IMG/VR virus record: IMGVR_UViG_3300049855_000474
Location: 89,376-153,375 of that record
Reading direction: 5' to 3' (one strand)
Length of the DNA: 64,000 nt
Source: a virus
The number at the start of each line of letters is the position of its first letter. Positions within the stretch are counted from its first letter, which is position 1. Under the pieces are notes generated by a model. The model was not told the origin of the DNA. It saw only the letters and a program-made list of their open reading frames with translations, and did not search any database. Positions 44,750-53,740 of the stretch are shown piece by piece. The position numbers and the translations under genes are program-made.

Positions 44750-45210
44750 TTCACAGTTCCTTGTGAACTGTGTTTGGAGACAAACTTAATCTCTTAGTAA
44801 CGATCAATCTGATATCCTTCCTTGTCCCGTAGGCAACTACTTGCAGGTTCAAGTCCTGCCCCTCTGACTGAGAATTCCTTATCTAAATAATGAATTTTGA
44901 GTCAGAGGGTGGCGAAATGGCAAACGCAGGCAACAGGTAATAAAACTATTCTCCCAAGCTCTTAAACCGCTACTATTGTGATCTCTCTCTTCTGGTATCT
45001 CCTGCTAAAGATGATGGTGCGAATCCATCTCCCTAAGCAGAGTTTCTAAGTTCTACCTCATAGGTAATAACTCGGTGATTCTGCTTAGGGATGGCCCAAC
45101 AGCAAGGCGTTAGCACTAAAACTAAGGACCAGAATTAAACGTCGTTCACATGCCGTAAACAGTAGTAAAAAATCCAGCCGGGCAGCAGGCTTCGCTGCCC
45201 GGCATTTTTA
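44750..45210 (+). ncRNA. ~460-nt RNA with two tandem circularly permuted tRNA-like (YrlA/Y-RNA-like) modules
   Basis: T arm precedes the acceptor hairpin and D arm in both modules (44822-44933 and 45003-45115); ends in a terminator. Confidence 0.85.
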
Positions 45211-45213
45211 TTT
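45178..45213 (+). terminator. intrinsic terminator
   Basis: GCCGGGCAGC...GCTGCCCGGC followed by ATTTTTATTT. Confidence 0.9.
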
Positions 45214-45231
45214 AAAGAACAAAGGAAAGTT

Positions 45232-46569
45232 ATGACTACGACAAAAGCTTTTGAAGTACTTGATAGACTCGCCCAGATGTCTGGACGTAACGAGAAAATT
45301 GCTCTTCTGGAGGAGAATAGGGACAATACAACTCTCCAGAATATCCTCAGGTGGGCATACAATGGGGATAAGTATCATGTGCATACAGAGGTCGTGGTCG
45401 CTCTTGCAAACAACAATTCAGAAGAAGTACGGGTCAGTAACCTAGTTGCTTTTGATGCGCTACTGACTCGATTGAAGAATAGAGAAGTAACGGGAGGCAA
45501 AGCGGAACAAGAAGTGCAGCAATTGTTCACTGCCTTTGATAGCTCTGAGAGCAAGTGGTACCTACGGGTAATGAAGCACGACCTGAGGACTGGGTTCACC
45601 AAAGGAACGGTCACCAAGGTATTCGGCAAGGATTTCTGGGGCTCTAGTGCCACAGAGAGTAACTCCTACGGTTTCCCCGGCGTGATGCTCGCTGAGAAGT
45701 GGGACAAGCACAAGTCCAAGTACATGTTCAAGGAGTTCTACGTAGAACCAAAGTACGATGGCTACAGGCTAGTGGCTGTTGTCGACAATGGACAAGTTAC
45801 CTTCTATTCTCGGCAGGGGAAGTCAGAGCCATACACCACAAATTTGACCCATGTTGCCCAGCAAATTGTGGAAGCAGGGTTCGATAATTGTATGGTTGAC
45901 GGCGAGATTATGAAGGATTCGTGGAACGGGACCTCCGTGGTCAAAAAGAAGAAGATGTCAACAGAGGACCGTGAAAACCTAGCTAAAGTCACTTTCACTG
46001 CTTTTGATTACATTGATTTTGCGATCTATAGTACAGGAGATGACAGCTACACAGTGCCTTTTCACGAGCGACGAAGTCAGCTGGAAGACGTTCTAGCCGA
46101 GAGTAACTATACAAACCTGAAAATCACGGATAGTTTCAAGGTTAAATCAGAGGAAGAGGCTTTCGATCACCACGCCAGGTTCCGGAAAGAAGGAAAAGAA
46201 GGCACTATGGTCAAAGACCCTAACGGTCATTACATGTTCAATGATCGAAACCATTTCTGGGTCAAGATCAAGCCGGTCCACTCTATCGATGCTAAAATTA
46301 TAGATTTTCAACCAGGCGAAGCCGGAAAGAAAAATGAGCATCGCCTAGGCGCTATCATCTGCCAGGATGCTAAAGGCATTAAATATAAGTGCGGACAAGG
46401 TTTTGAGGATTTAGATCGGGATTACATCTGGGAGAACCGCGCTAAGCTACTGGGAGCTATTATCGAGATGGAAGCTCAAGATGAAACCAACTCAAAAACA
46501 GGACCGGTAGCTACTGCCAGGAATGCTGTGTTCCTTCGAATTCGCGAGGATCGAGAAGGCATTCTGTAG
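45232..46569 (+). CDS. lig: ATP-dependent DNA ligase
   Basis: EPKYDGYR, DGEI, FD, EGTMVK, WVKIK, OB domain. Confidence 0.95.
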   Translation: MTTTKAFEVLDRLAQMSGRNEKIALLEENRDNTTLQNILRWAYNGDKYHVHTEVVVALANNNSEEVRVSNLVAFDALLTRLKNREVTGGKAEQEVQQLFTAFDSSESKWYLRVMKHDLRTGFTKGTVTKVFGKDFWGSSATESNSYGFPGVMLAEKWDKHKSKYMFKEFYVEPKYDGYRLVAVVDNGQVTFYSRQGKSEPYTTNLTHVAQQIVEAGFDNCMVDGEIMKDSWNGTSVVKKKKMSTEDRENLAKVTFTAFDYIDFAIYSTGDDSYTVPFHERRSQLEDVLAESNYTNLKITDSFKVKSEEEAFDHHARFRKEGKEGTMVKDPNGHYMFNDRNHFWVKIKPVHSIDAKIIDFQPGEAGKKNEHRLGAIICQDAKGIKYKCGQGFEDLDRDYIWENRAKLLGAIIEMEAQDETNSKTGPVATARNAVFLRIREDREGIL

Positions 46570-46581
46570 CAAAGCTTCTCC

Positions 46582-46610
46582 TTGAAAAGTTGAACAGCTT
46601 AAGGTAGAAT
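46582..46610 (+). promoter_or_regulatory. sigma-70-type promoter
   Basis: TTGAAA-17 nt-TAGAAT. Confidence 0.65.
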
Positions 46611-46632
46611 ACAGATAACAAAGAAGGTTCAA

Positions 46633-47028
46633 GTGTCAGAAGACAAGTTTATCGAAGCTATTCGAAGACAAAAAGAAGCTGGTAAAATTCACATCAATAG
46701 CCTGGAAGTAGATGATGTGATTGTTGCAGAGACCTTGCATTCGCGATATGTCATAAAGATCGCAGAACTTTCAGACACCTACCATAGGCTGGAGGTTTCC
46801 AGTAATAACAAAAAATACCCAGGACCCTACACAGAGACTAGACTTAGTGGTACTACTCTCGCACCTGGTACTTCCACCATCTGCCCCGAGCATTTAGCTA
46901 TCGGCGGGAGCCTGGAACTTGTAATAGTATTAGATGCTGAGAGGGTTAAGGTCCTAACTACTTCCGAAGTAAAAAGAATTGCCGTCAATGGGGTTCAGAT
47001 TCTACCCGTAGTAGAAGCACAAGCCTAA
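46633..47028 (+). CDS. hypothetical protein
   Basis: ORF downstream of promoter. Confidence 0.65.
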   Translation: MSEDKFIEAIRRQKEAGKIHINSLEVDDVIVAETLHSRYVIKIAELSDTYHRLEVSSNNKKYPGPYTETRLSGTTLAPGTSTICPEHLAIGGSLELVIVLDAERVKVLTTSEVKRIAVNGVQILPVVEAQA

Positions 47029-47063
47029 GAGGAATTACCCGGTATTTATAGGAGGAGATTAAA

Positions 47064-47330
47064 ATGGATAGAGCTTGGGAATTGCTAGGTTTAGCAGTGG
47101 TAGCGTCAATAGTTATAGTGTTTTTAAATATTGCTTATCAACTAAGCACAGCATCAGGGAAAATTGACTTCTGTCACGTAACCGAACATATATATGAAAA
47201 ATCAGAGCCATACCAATTAATAGGTCACCGAAGCTGGCGTCCTGATTTGGTACTAGCCGCTACCTCTACCTATGAACAGGCTGTCGAAAAGGCTAAAGTT
47301 ATAAGTTGTCCAATTAAGGTAGGACCATGA
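47064..47330 (+). CDS. small membrane-anchored protein
   Basis: SD AGGAGG, N-terminal TM helix. Confidence 0.65.
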   Translation: MDRAWELLGLAVVASIVIVFLNIAYQLSTASGKIDFCHVTEHIYEKSEPYQLIGHRSWRPDLVLAATSTYEQAVEKAKVISCPIKVGP

Positions 47331-47527
47331 GTAGCTGTTGTCGAGCCCAACAAAAAGACCCTAATCTAGAGTTTTTCGAACTCGTAGAAAAGCTCACTTT
47401 TGCACTGGCGAACCGTACAGAGGAAGATCTAAAAGCCGATCGTGACAGCAATATCCGATGGTCTAAGTACCAGGCTCTACAGCGACAGCTGTGGGATATG
47501 GAGACCATGGTAGGAAAAGAACTATGA
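47327..47527 (+). CDS. hypothetical protein
   Basis: ATGA-coupled ORF. Confidence 0.55.
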   Translation: MSSCCRAQQKDPNLEFFELVEKLTFALANRTEEDLKADRDSNIRWSKYQALQRQLWDMETMVGKEL

Positions 47528-48381
47528 TGCAAATGAAAGCACTGTTCCCTAGCTTCATTCTGATCGACTTCAAGAACACGGTCATGCGCGCCTGGCACGC
47601 AGGACAAAGCGGGGATCAAGAAGACGCTAAGCGTTCTGATGGCTACCCTAGTGGGCATGTCCTAAGGTTCTTCAGGATGATTCACAAGCTGAAGAAGGAG
47701 TGCGGGGGTGGTCAACTTGTCTTCTGTATGGAGGGTGGAGAGACTCGACGCTATGAGCTGCTTCCTACCTACAAGGAAGGTCGAAGTAAGCCAGATTTCG
47801 ATCCAGCTCCTGATGTAGTGAAGATGATCCAGCTCATGAAATGCAAAGTTGTAACACCTGTCTCAGCTGAGGCGGATGATGCGATTGCAACTTTCGTGGC
47901 TACTAACAAAGGTGGAAAGCACTTTATTGTCAGTGTTGATAAGGATTTGTGGTCTCTTTTAGGTGGAAAAGTACGAATCCTTAGCGCTCAAAATGAGATC
48001 ACTGAGGCAAAGGTACTGAAGACCTTCGGCGTCAAACCCTCAGGAGTTGCCCTAGCTAAGGCTCTTGTAGGTGATGCTAGCGACAAGATACCGAAGGTAC
48101 CTTACCTACTCTGGAAAGACATAGCCAGTGCCATGGAGACGGCTCTTACCCCCGAAGATCTGTACAACCAGATAGACAAGATACCACCAAAAACAGCTAC
48201 CAAACTACTTGAATACAAGGAACAAGTAGAAAAAATGTTCGAGGTAGTCAGTCTAAGGAAAGACTGCGAGTTGCTAATAGATGAGAGACCGGGCAACTCG
48301 GAAGAAATGAAGGCTTTCCTAGAGTCATTCGAATGTGCTAGTCTAATACCATTGATATCAACACTAACCGAAGCAATGTGA
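47524..48381 (+). CDS. 5'-3' exonuclease / flap endonuclease (PolI N-terminal-like)
   Basis: LID, YKEGR, EADDAIA, SVDKDL, LVGDASDKIP. Confidence 0.92.
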   Translation: MMQMKALFPSFILIDFKNTVMRAWHAGQSGDQEDAKRSDGYPSGHVLRFFRMIHKLKKECGGGQLVFCMEGGETRRYELLPTYKEGRSKPDFDPAPDVVKMIQLMKCKVVTPVSAEADDAIATFVATNKGGKHFIVSVDKDLWSLLGGKVRILSAQNEITEAKVLKTFGVKPSGVALAKALVGDASDKIPKVPYLLWKDIASAMETALTPEDLYNQIDKIPPKTATKLLEYKEQVEKMFEVVSLRKDCELLIDERPGNSEEMKAFLESFECASLIPLISTLTEAM

Positions 48382-48395
48382 GGAATACGTAATAT

Positions 48396-48683
48396 ATGGA
48401 ACTACAGATGCGTAAGCAATTGTTTGATGAGACTGTAAGGGACTTAGTCGAACATATTGTCGAGGAGTTAATCAACGATCCCAATGGCGATCTTGTCTAT
48501 ACGTCATGCAAGATGACGGAAAAAGACGTAGAGTTGACCGTTTGGGTACCAGAAGCCGAAGTACCCAAGATCTTTGGGAACGCTAACGGAGACCTACTAG
48601 CGGCTATCAAGAAGCTTGTCTTCAAGGTTGCAAACCAGCACGGGTTTTATGTGGTGTTGAAGGTTTCAGGCTACGAGCAGTAA
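48396..48683 (+). CDS. khpA: KhpA-like single KH-domain RNA-binding protein
   Basis: DLVEHIVEELINDP...LTVWV...KIFGNANGDLLAAIKKLV matches the KhpA layout. Confidence 0.7.
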   Translation: MELQMRKQLFDETVRDLVEHIVEELINDPNGDLVYTSCKMTEKDVELTVWVPEAEVPKIFGNANGDLLAAIKKLVFKVANQHGFYVVLKVSGYEQ

Positions 48684-48708
48684 TAGTTCGGTAGCTAGAC
48701 CACACCAG

Positions 48709-48741
48709 TTACAGGGTCCTTTTCGATAGGAACCCTGTAAA
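48709..48741. promoter_or_regulatory. inverted repeat / hairpin overlapping a TGTAAA element
   Basis: TTACAGGGT...ACCCTGTAA. Confidence 0.45.
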
Positions 48742-48759
48742 TGCTCTTTAAGCACCCCT

Positions 48760-51700
48760 ATGACATCTGATAAAAAACGCCTTGCAATACTGAGCGATAT
48801 GCTGTACGTGCCTTCTTCTGAGGTACGTAACGAGCATTTAAACGCTTACACCTATAAGTTCGAAAAAGTCACATACGAGAAACCCACTGACGTTACTCGT
48901 AAGTGTGCCAACTGTGAGTTGTGGAAGAAGCCCTGGCGGAATGCTGAGGGTATTGAGATGTATTGCCACAAGCTGGGATACACCGAGACCGATTATTGCA
49001 ATAGATTCAATCCCAAGCAGGTTCGCAAAGTAGAGGAATACGAGGTTACCACTTATAAAGAGGTAGCTAACGAGTATTATGCTTTTGGTCGTGGAGATCT
49101 AGGGAAAGTTGAAAGAGTCTTCGGTGATTTCGAAGTAGTTGACCAGAGGTCAGCCCCTAAGTTAGGCATTCCTCTCAAGTTGAAGGAGGGGAGGGTATTG
49201 CGACCTGACCAGGTAGCTGTAGCGGAAGAATGGCTGAAGCATGGGTATGGAATAATTAAGGCACCGACCGCATTTGGCAAGTGCTCGAGCAAATCAAGCC
49301 TAATCGCTACATCTGAAGGACTTATCCCTATTGGAAAGTTTGTAGATAAAATATTAGGAAAAAAATATACTACGATTAGTGGACTTGATACCAAAGAAGT
49401 AAGTCACTTAAACTTATACGTGACTTCTAATGGACATAAGGCGAAAATTTCAGATGTGTGCCGTAAAAAAGCGGTTACCACAAAAATTCAAACTAAATGG
49501 GGTTATTCAATAGAATGTACTCCAGAGCATCCCTTACAAACAATAACGGACAAAGGGTTAAACTGGCGAGAGGTAAAGGATCTAAAACCAAATGATTATA
49601 TCGCAATTCGTGGTTTTGATTTCTATGGATCTCCTAAAAATCTTGAAGAGTACAGCTACATAAATACATGTACAACATCCCCTAATAAAAAACCCATAAG
49701 ACTACCAACTACTATTACACCCTCCTTTTCCCGATTACTTGGAGCTTTAACCGCAGATGGTACCCTATCTATAAAGGGTAGTATAGCTTACACAAAAACA
49801 GAAGAAGCCTTGATAGAGGATTTCAGAAATAGCTTAAAACAATTTGATCTAGAGTTAGATACTGTTAAAAATAGAACAGTAGAACATAAAGTAAGAGGTG
49901 GAATAACAGCCTTTCAAGAACTACTACAGATTATAGGCGTGAAGCAAGAAACTGCAAGGTACAAAGAAGTACCATGGATTGTATTGCAATCAGGCAAAGA
50001 AATTGCGAAACAATTTCTTAAAGGTTATTTTTCTGGTGATGGTGAAGTGGCTCACGAACTATCCCATATCGAATGCTCTAGTGCTAGTAAGCAATTAATT
50101 GAAACTATACAAATAATGCTACTAGGCTTCTGTATCCCCTCAATAATCTACCCAAAACCCGTCAAGTTAGAACAATGGGATTGCGCAAGAGATTACTGGA
50201 GACTGTATATAGGTCCCGCCTTTCTGAAGAAATTTCAAGAAGAGATAGGCTTCATAGACAAAACTAAAAAATCTACTTTACTAGAAGCTGCTGTTGTTAA
50301 ATATGACAACAGAAATAATAGTGGTAGCGAGTTTACACTTCCCATAAGTGGTTTACTAAAAAAAGCATACCAAGCTTTAATACTAAATAAAGCTAAGGCG
50401 TATGAGACGTGCAAACAGTTTAAACACATATGGGAGCGTGGATCTCGTGTAGACCCAAGAACACTAAAGCGTTTTCTTGAATTATACCAAGATTATCAGC
50501 ATCTCCCGGAAATCGCCGTACTACAGGAAATATACGACTTAAACCAAAATCATGGTCTATGGTTTGTTGAAGTAAAAGAAATTACAGAAGGTGCTGAGCA
50601 GTACGTATACGATATCACAGTTCCTGAGGGGCATTGGTATGTAGCTAACGGAATAGTCAGCCACAACACTGTCTTGTGGTGTTACCTCGTTCAACACCTA
50701 GGGATGAGGTCATTGCTTCTCGCACAAGAGGTTCGGCACTTAGCCGTAGGCTGGGAAGGTCTATACGAGCATACCAACTTAGCGGAGTTAGAGGAAGAAG
50801 CTGGAGAGTTTCTCTGGGGAAAAGTAGGTCATGATACGTCCAAAGTAGTGACCCAAGTGAGAAACTCAAAAGGGGAGCTTGTTGACAGAGTAGAATTTAA
50901 GTTCAAAAAGAGCAAAGACCCAGCAAAAATCTACCCTATCACGTTCTCAACGTACCAATCTCTACATTCAGAAAAAGGTTGGGAAATACTACAAACAAAA
51001 CTGAGGGATTCTTTTGGATTTATTCACTGTGAAGAAGCCCATCACTCCGCAGCCGAGACTTTCCACCATGTAACAAAATCCTTCAATAGCTACTACCGTG
51101 GTGGTCAGTCTGCAACACCTACACGCAAAGACCAAATGCATTGTGCTACATACGATACAATTGGACCAGTAACCGCTTTAGCTACAAAGGAGCAGATGAA
51201 TTGTGACTTCACTTTCATTAATACTGGGGTGTACCTACCTGATAAAGTATTCAACGGGATGTACCCACTGACCAATGTTTTCAATTTCTTAGCTACCAAT
51301 ACCGACGTACAAAACTGTCTTCTACAGTGGATGAATTACGACATCCAATCAGGAAGGAAGCCTCTGTATATCACCGAGCGTAAAGCTGATGCCTTCTCGC
51401 TAAAGAGTAAAATCCACCTGTCCGGATATAACGTCGAGCTGATCATGGGTGGTCAGAAAATGCAGAAACAACAAAAAGAGTATTCCGAGGAACTACTTAA
51501 TGGCTCACTGCATTGTATTATTGGTACAAAAGTAATCAAAGAGAATTACAACATTCCACCATTGGATACTTTGTACCTGCTGTACCCAAACTTCGTGGTA
51601 GAGTCTGAAGAGCAGATGACGGGACGTATTCGGCGCTACGTTCTGGATGCTGAGGGAAACCAAGTGTTCAAGAACAAGCCTCTGATCAGGATTTTCACTG

Positions 51701-51852
51701 TCAACTCTAGCCAAGAAGTGATGAAAAAGTCGATCAACTTCCGGAAGAATTTCTATTACAAGATGAGCTTCGAAGAGATTCAAGTAGATACCACAGAACA
51801 CGAGACGGAGAAACCAGATGATCGTGTATCGAGCAAACTGAAAGATTGGTAA
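48760..51852 (+). CDS. superfamily 2 (UvsW-like) helicase with intein
   Basis: LRPDQ, APTAFGK|T, EEAHH, SATPTRKD, IPPLD, QMTGRIRR. Confidence 0.92.
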   Translation: MTSDKKRLAILSDMLYVPSSEVRNEHLNAYTYKFEKVTYEKPTDVTRKCANCELWKKPWRNAEGIEMYCHKLGYTETDYCNRFNPKQVRKVEEYEVTTYKEVANEYYAFGRGDLGKVERVFGDFEVVDQRSAPKLGIPLKLKEGRVLRPDQVAVAEEWLKHGYGIIKAPTAFGKCSSKSSLIATSEGLIPIGKFVDKILGKKYTTISGLDTKEVSHLNLYVTSNGHKAKISDVCRKKAVTTKIQTKWGYSIECTPEHPLQTITDKGLNWREVKDLKPNDYIAIRGFDFYGSPKNLEEYSYINTCTTSPNKKPIRLPTTITPSFSRLLGALTADGTLSIKGSIAYTKTEEALIEDFRNSLKQFDLELDTVKNRTVEHKVRGGITAFQELLQIIGVKQETARYKEVPWIVLQSGKEIAKQFLKGYFSGDGEVAHELSHIECSSASKQLIETIQIMLLGFCIPSIIYPKPVKLEQWDCARDYWRLYIGPAFLKKFQEEIGFIDKTKKSTLLEAAVVKYDNRNNSGSEFTLPISGLLKKAYQALILNKAKAYETCKQFKHIWERGSRVDPRTLKRFLELYQDYQHLPEIAVLQEIYDLNQNHGLWFVEVKEITEGAEQYVYDITVPEGHWYVANGIVSHNTVLWCYLVQHLGMRSLLLAQEVRHLAVGWEGLYEHTNLAELEEEAGEFLWGKVGHDTSKVVTQVRNSKGELVDRVEFKFKKSKDPAKIYPITFSTYQSLHSEKGWEILQTKLRDSFGFIHCEEAHHSAAETFHHVTKSFNSYYRGGQSATPTRKDQMHCATYDTIGPVTALATKEQMNCDFTFINTGVYLPDKVFNGMYPLTNVFNFLATNTDVQNCLLQWMNYDIQSGRKPLYITERKADAFSLKSKIHLSGYNVELIMGGQKMQKQQKEYSEELLNGSLHCIIGTKVIKENYNIPPLDTLYLLYPNFVVESEEQMTGRIRRYVLDAEGNQVFKNKPLIRIFTVNSSQEVMKKSINFRKNFYYKMSFEEIQVDTTEHETEKPDDRVSSKLKDW
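49282..50667 (+). mobile_element. intein (462 aa) with LAGLIDADG endonuclease in helicase Walker A
   Basis: K|CSSKSS...ECTPEHP...LLGALTADG...FLKGYFSGDG...VYDITV...NGIVSHN|T. Confidence 0.95.
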
Positions 51853-52199
51853 TCATGGAGGCGAGAATTAGGCTATTCTTCTCCAGTCTAAAAATCAATG
51901 TATTCAGTTTATTCTGCACTTGCTTTCATGCACTTACGATGATGCTGATATGGAACTGGCATGCTACAAAGTACTTAGGGTTCAAGCACATCTCCTACGT
52001 GGGTTCGTTTATCATAGTATTCTTTGTACGTAGACTATTTTCTCTTAGATTTTCAATAGAGATAAAATCGATTAAGAGTCTGTTACGTGACATAAAACCT
52101 TACGATGAAGCTCTTCTATCAGAAACTGAAAATATTACACTATTAGCAGAATGTTGCCTTTTGATAGTTGTCGCCTACTTGCTTACCTACATCATATAG
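51846..52199 (+). CDS. membrane protein
   Basis: Three TM segments, IWNWHA; paralogue of the next gene. Confidence 0.65.
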   Translation: MVIMEARIRLFFSSLKINVFSLFCTCFHALTMMLIWNWHATKYLGFKHISYVGSFIIVFFVRRLFSLRFSIEIKSIKSLLRDIKPYDEALLSETENITLLAECCLLIVVAYLLTYII

Positions 52200-52205
52200 G
52201 AAATT

Positions 52206-52592
52206 ATGGAACAAGAAAAACCTTCCACAGTCCCCAAACTATCGACATGGAAACTAGCGGAAATAAAAGCAAGAACACTAGCTTTCGGGGCAGCTTGCAC
52301 ATTTGTAAACGTATACGTGGTATGGCAAGTGTGGAATTGGCACGCACCCACCCTGCTTAGAGCACAACAAGTAAGCTTTAGTGCTATCTTTCTGATTATC
52401 TGCTTACTCAAGACAGCCCTGCTAGGTCGGGTAGGTGAACAAATAAATCAGACTAAGCGAATGGTCTATGCACATAGCGGTGTCTGGTGGGATACAAGCA
52501 CTCGTGAGAATATCGACTTTCTTATCAAGAATATGATGATTCTGGGTTCGGCTTACATTCTCAAACAATACGGGTATTTAGTATGGTACTGA
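52206..52592 (+). CDS. membrane protein
   Basis: VWNWHA; paralogue of the previous gene. Confidence 0.65.
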   Translation: MEQEKPSTVPKLSTWKLAEIKARTLAFGAACTFVNVYVVWQVWNWHAPTLLRAQQVSFSAIFLIICLLKTALLGRVGEQINQTKRMVYAHSGVWWDTSTRENIDFLIKNMMILGSAYILKQYGYLVWY

Positions 52593-52831
52593 AAATTCAA
52601 GGTTTTGATGATATAAGATTATGCCCAGGATGGGTTCAATATTTCTGGTCAGTAATCCTCTGTGATGGTCCTGATAGAACAGAATACAACGAAGTTGAAG
52701 ACATTCAAGTATTCATATTCGATATAAAGGAGACAGATATAGAATACTACCCTAATCTTGAGAATATCAAGGTAGTAAAAATTTGGGAGTTACCTGATGG
52801 TCCTGTTATGTACGAGGCGCACACCAAATGA
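52583..52831 (+). CDS. hypothetical protein
   Basis: Coupled ORF. Confidence 0.55.
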   Translation: MVLKIQGFDDIRLCPGWVQYFWSVILCDGPDRTEYNEVEDIQVFIFDIKETDIEYYPNLENIKVVKIWELPDGPVMYEAHTK

Positions 52832-53169
52832 CTAGATCAAAAACTTGGCACGCGTTCTACCCAGAAGAACAATTAACAAACCTGGACAAAGCTTGGTATG
52901 AATTTCAAAAGTTTTTGGAATGTACTAAAAGATCCTGGTATTATCCATATCTACCTAGCAATATATACAAGCTAATAGAACTAGCAGATACTTTAAGATA
53001 TGAAGCTGGTTCCTATGGGCATCAAGCACAACTACGATACAAAGTGGCAGTGCTCACTAGCGAACTAAAAACTTACAAGGAAAACGCTACCAAAGCTAGA
53101 GAAGTAAAGGAGAAGTACAATAAGCTTCGACGAGAACGGAGTACGAATGCGAAAAGTAAAAAGCCCTAA
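52828..53169 (+). CDS. hypothetical protein
   Basis: Coupled ORF. Confidence 0.55.
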   Translation: MTRSKTWHAFYPEEQLTNLDKAWYEFQKFLECTKRSWYYPYLPSNIYKLIELADTLRYEAGSYGHQAQLRYKVAVLTSELKTYKENATKAREVKEKYNKLRRERSTNAKSKKP

Positions 53170-53740
53170 CGAAGCGCGAAAAATCAAAGATGACCGAGAT
53201 GCTTTGTACTACGGGGCTGGAATACCAAGCATTGCTTGGAGTACCCCAAGAGCAAAACCGAAGTTTTCTCCTGTCATGGGTGAGGAGGATGATCCCGAAA
53301 TAAAGGTAGGAGTACAGATTCAGGATGAATGGTTCAAACAAATACTCACTGGAGACATGTTTCAGGATCCCTACCTGGTCTACCTCGCCTCCATAGATTC
53401 CGATGACTTAGCGTGTCGCTACGCCTATGAAGTAATGAAACAGGCTCTATCCAAAGACTTACGAGTGCAAGTCACAAACGCAGCTCGCATTGATAAAGAA
53501 GAGGTCAATGAAGAGACTGTGTTCATGTTGCATAATGTGTTCAAAGAAGCTAATCAGTATAGGACCCAGTGCATTAGGGACTGGATCACTGTTCATGACG
53601 ATTGTTTCAGGATCGTTGTAATAACTGGTATGGATCCTTACATCTTTAGCAAGATGGTGCATGTAAACCCGCATGCTATGTTTTTGCTGGAAAACTCCGG
53701 AAAAGTCAGAAGCAGCACACCCAAGAAAATCAGCAGATAA
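53147..53740 (+). CDS. putative degenerate helicase loader (DnaC/IstB-like)
   Basis: AGIP motif, P-loop-like topology without Walker A Lys, directly before DnaB. Confidence 0.4.
   Translation: MRKVKSPNEARKIKDDRDALYYGAGIPSIAWSTPRAKPKFSPVMGEEDDPEIKVGVQIQDEWFKQILTGDMFQDPYLVYLASIDSDDLACRYAYEVMKQALSKDLRVQVTNAARIDKEEVNEETVFMLHNVFKEANQYRTQCIRDWITVHDDCFRIVVITGMDPYIFSKMVHVNPHAMFLLENSGKVRSSTPKKISR

Noticed and set aside
44822-45115. Conventional or permuted functional tRNA genes
   Set aside because: The halves are in reverse order, there is no CCA end, and the would-be anticodon loops lack U33; treated as tRNA-like ncRNA
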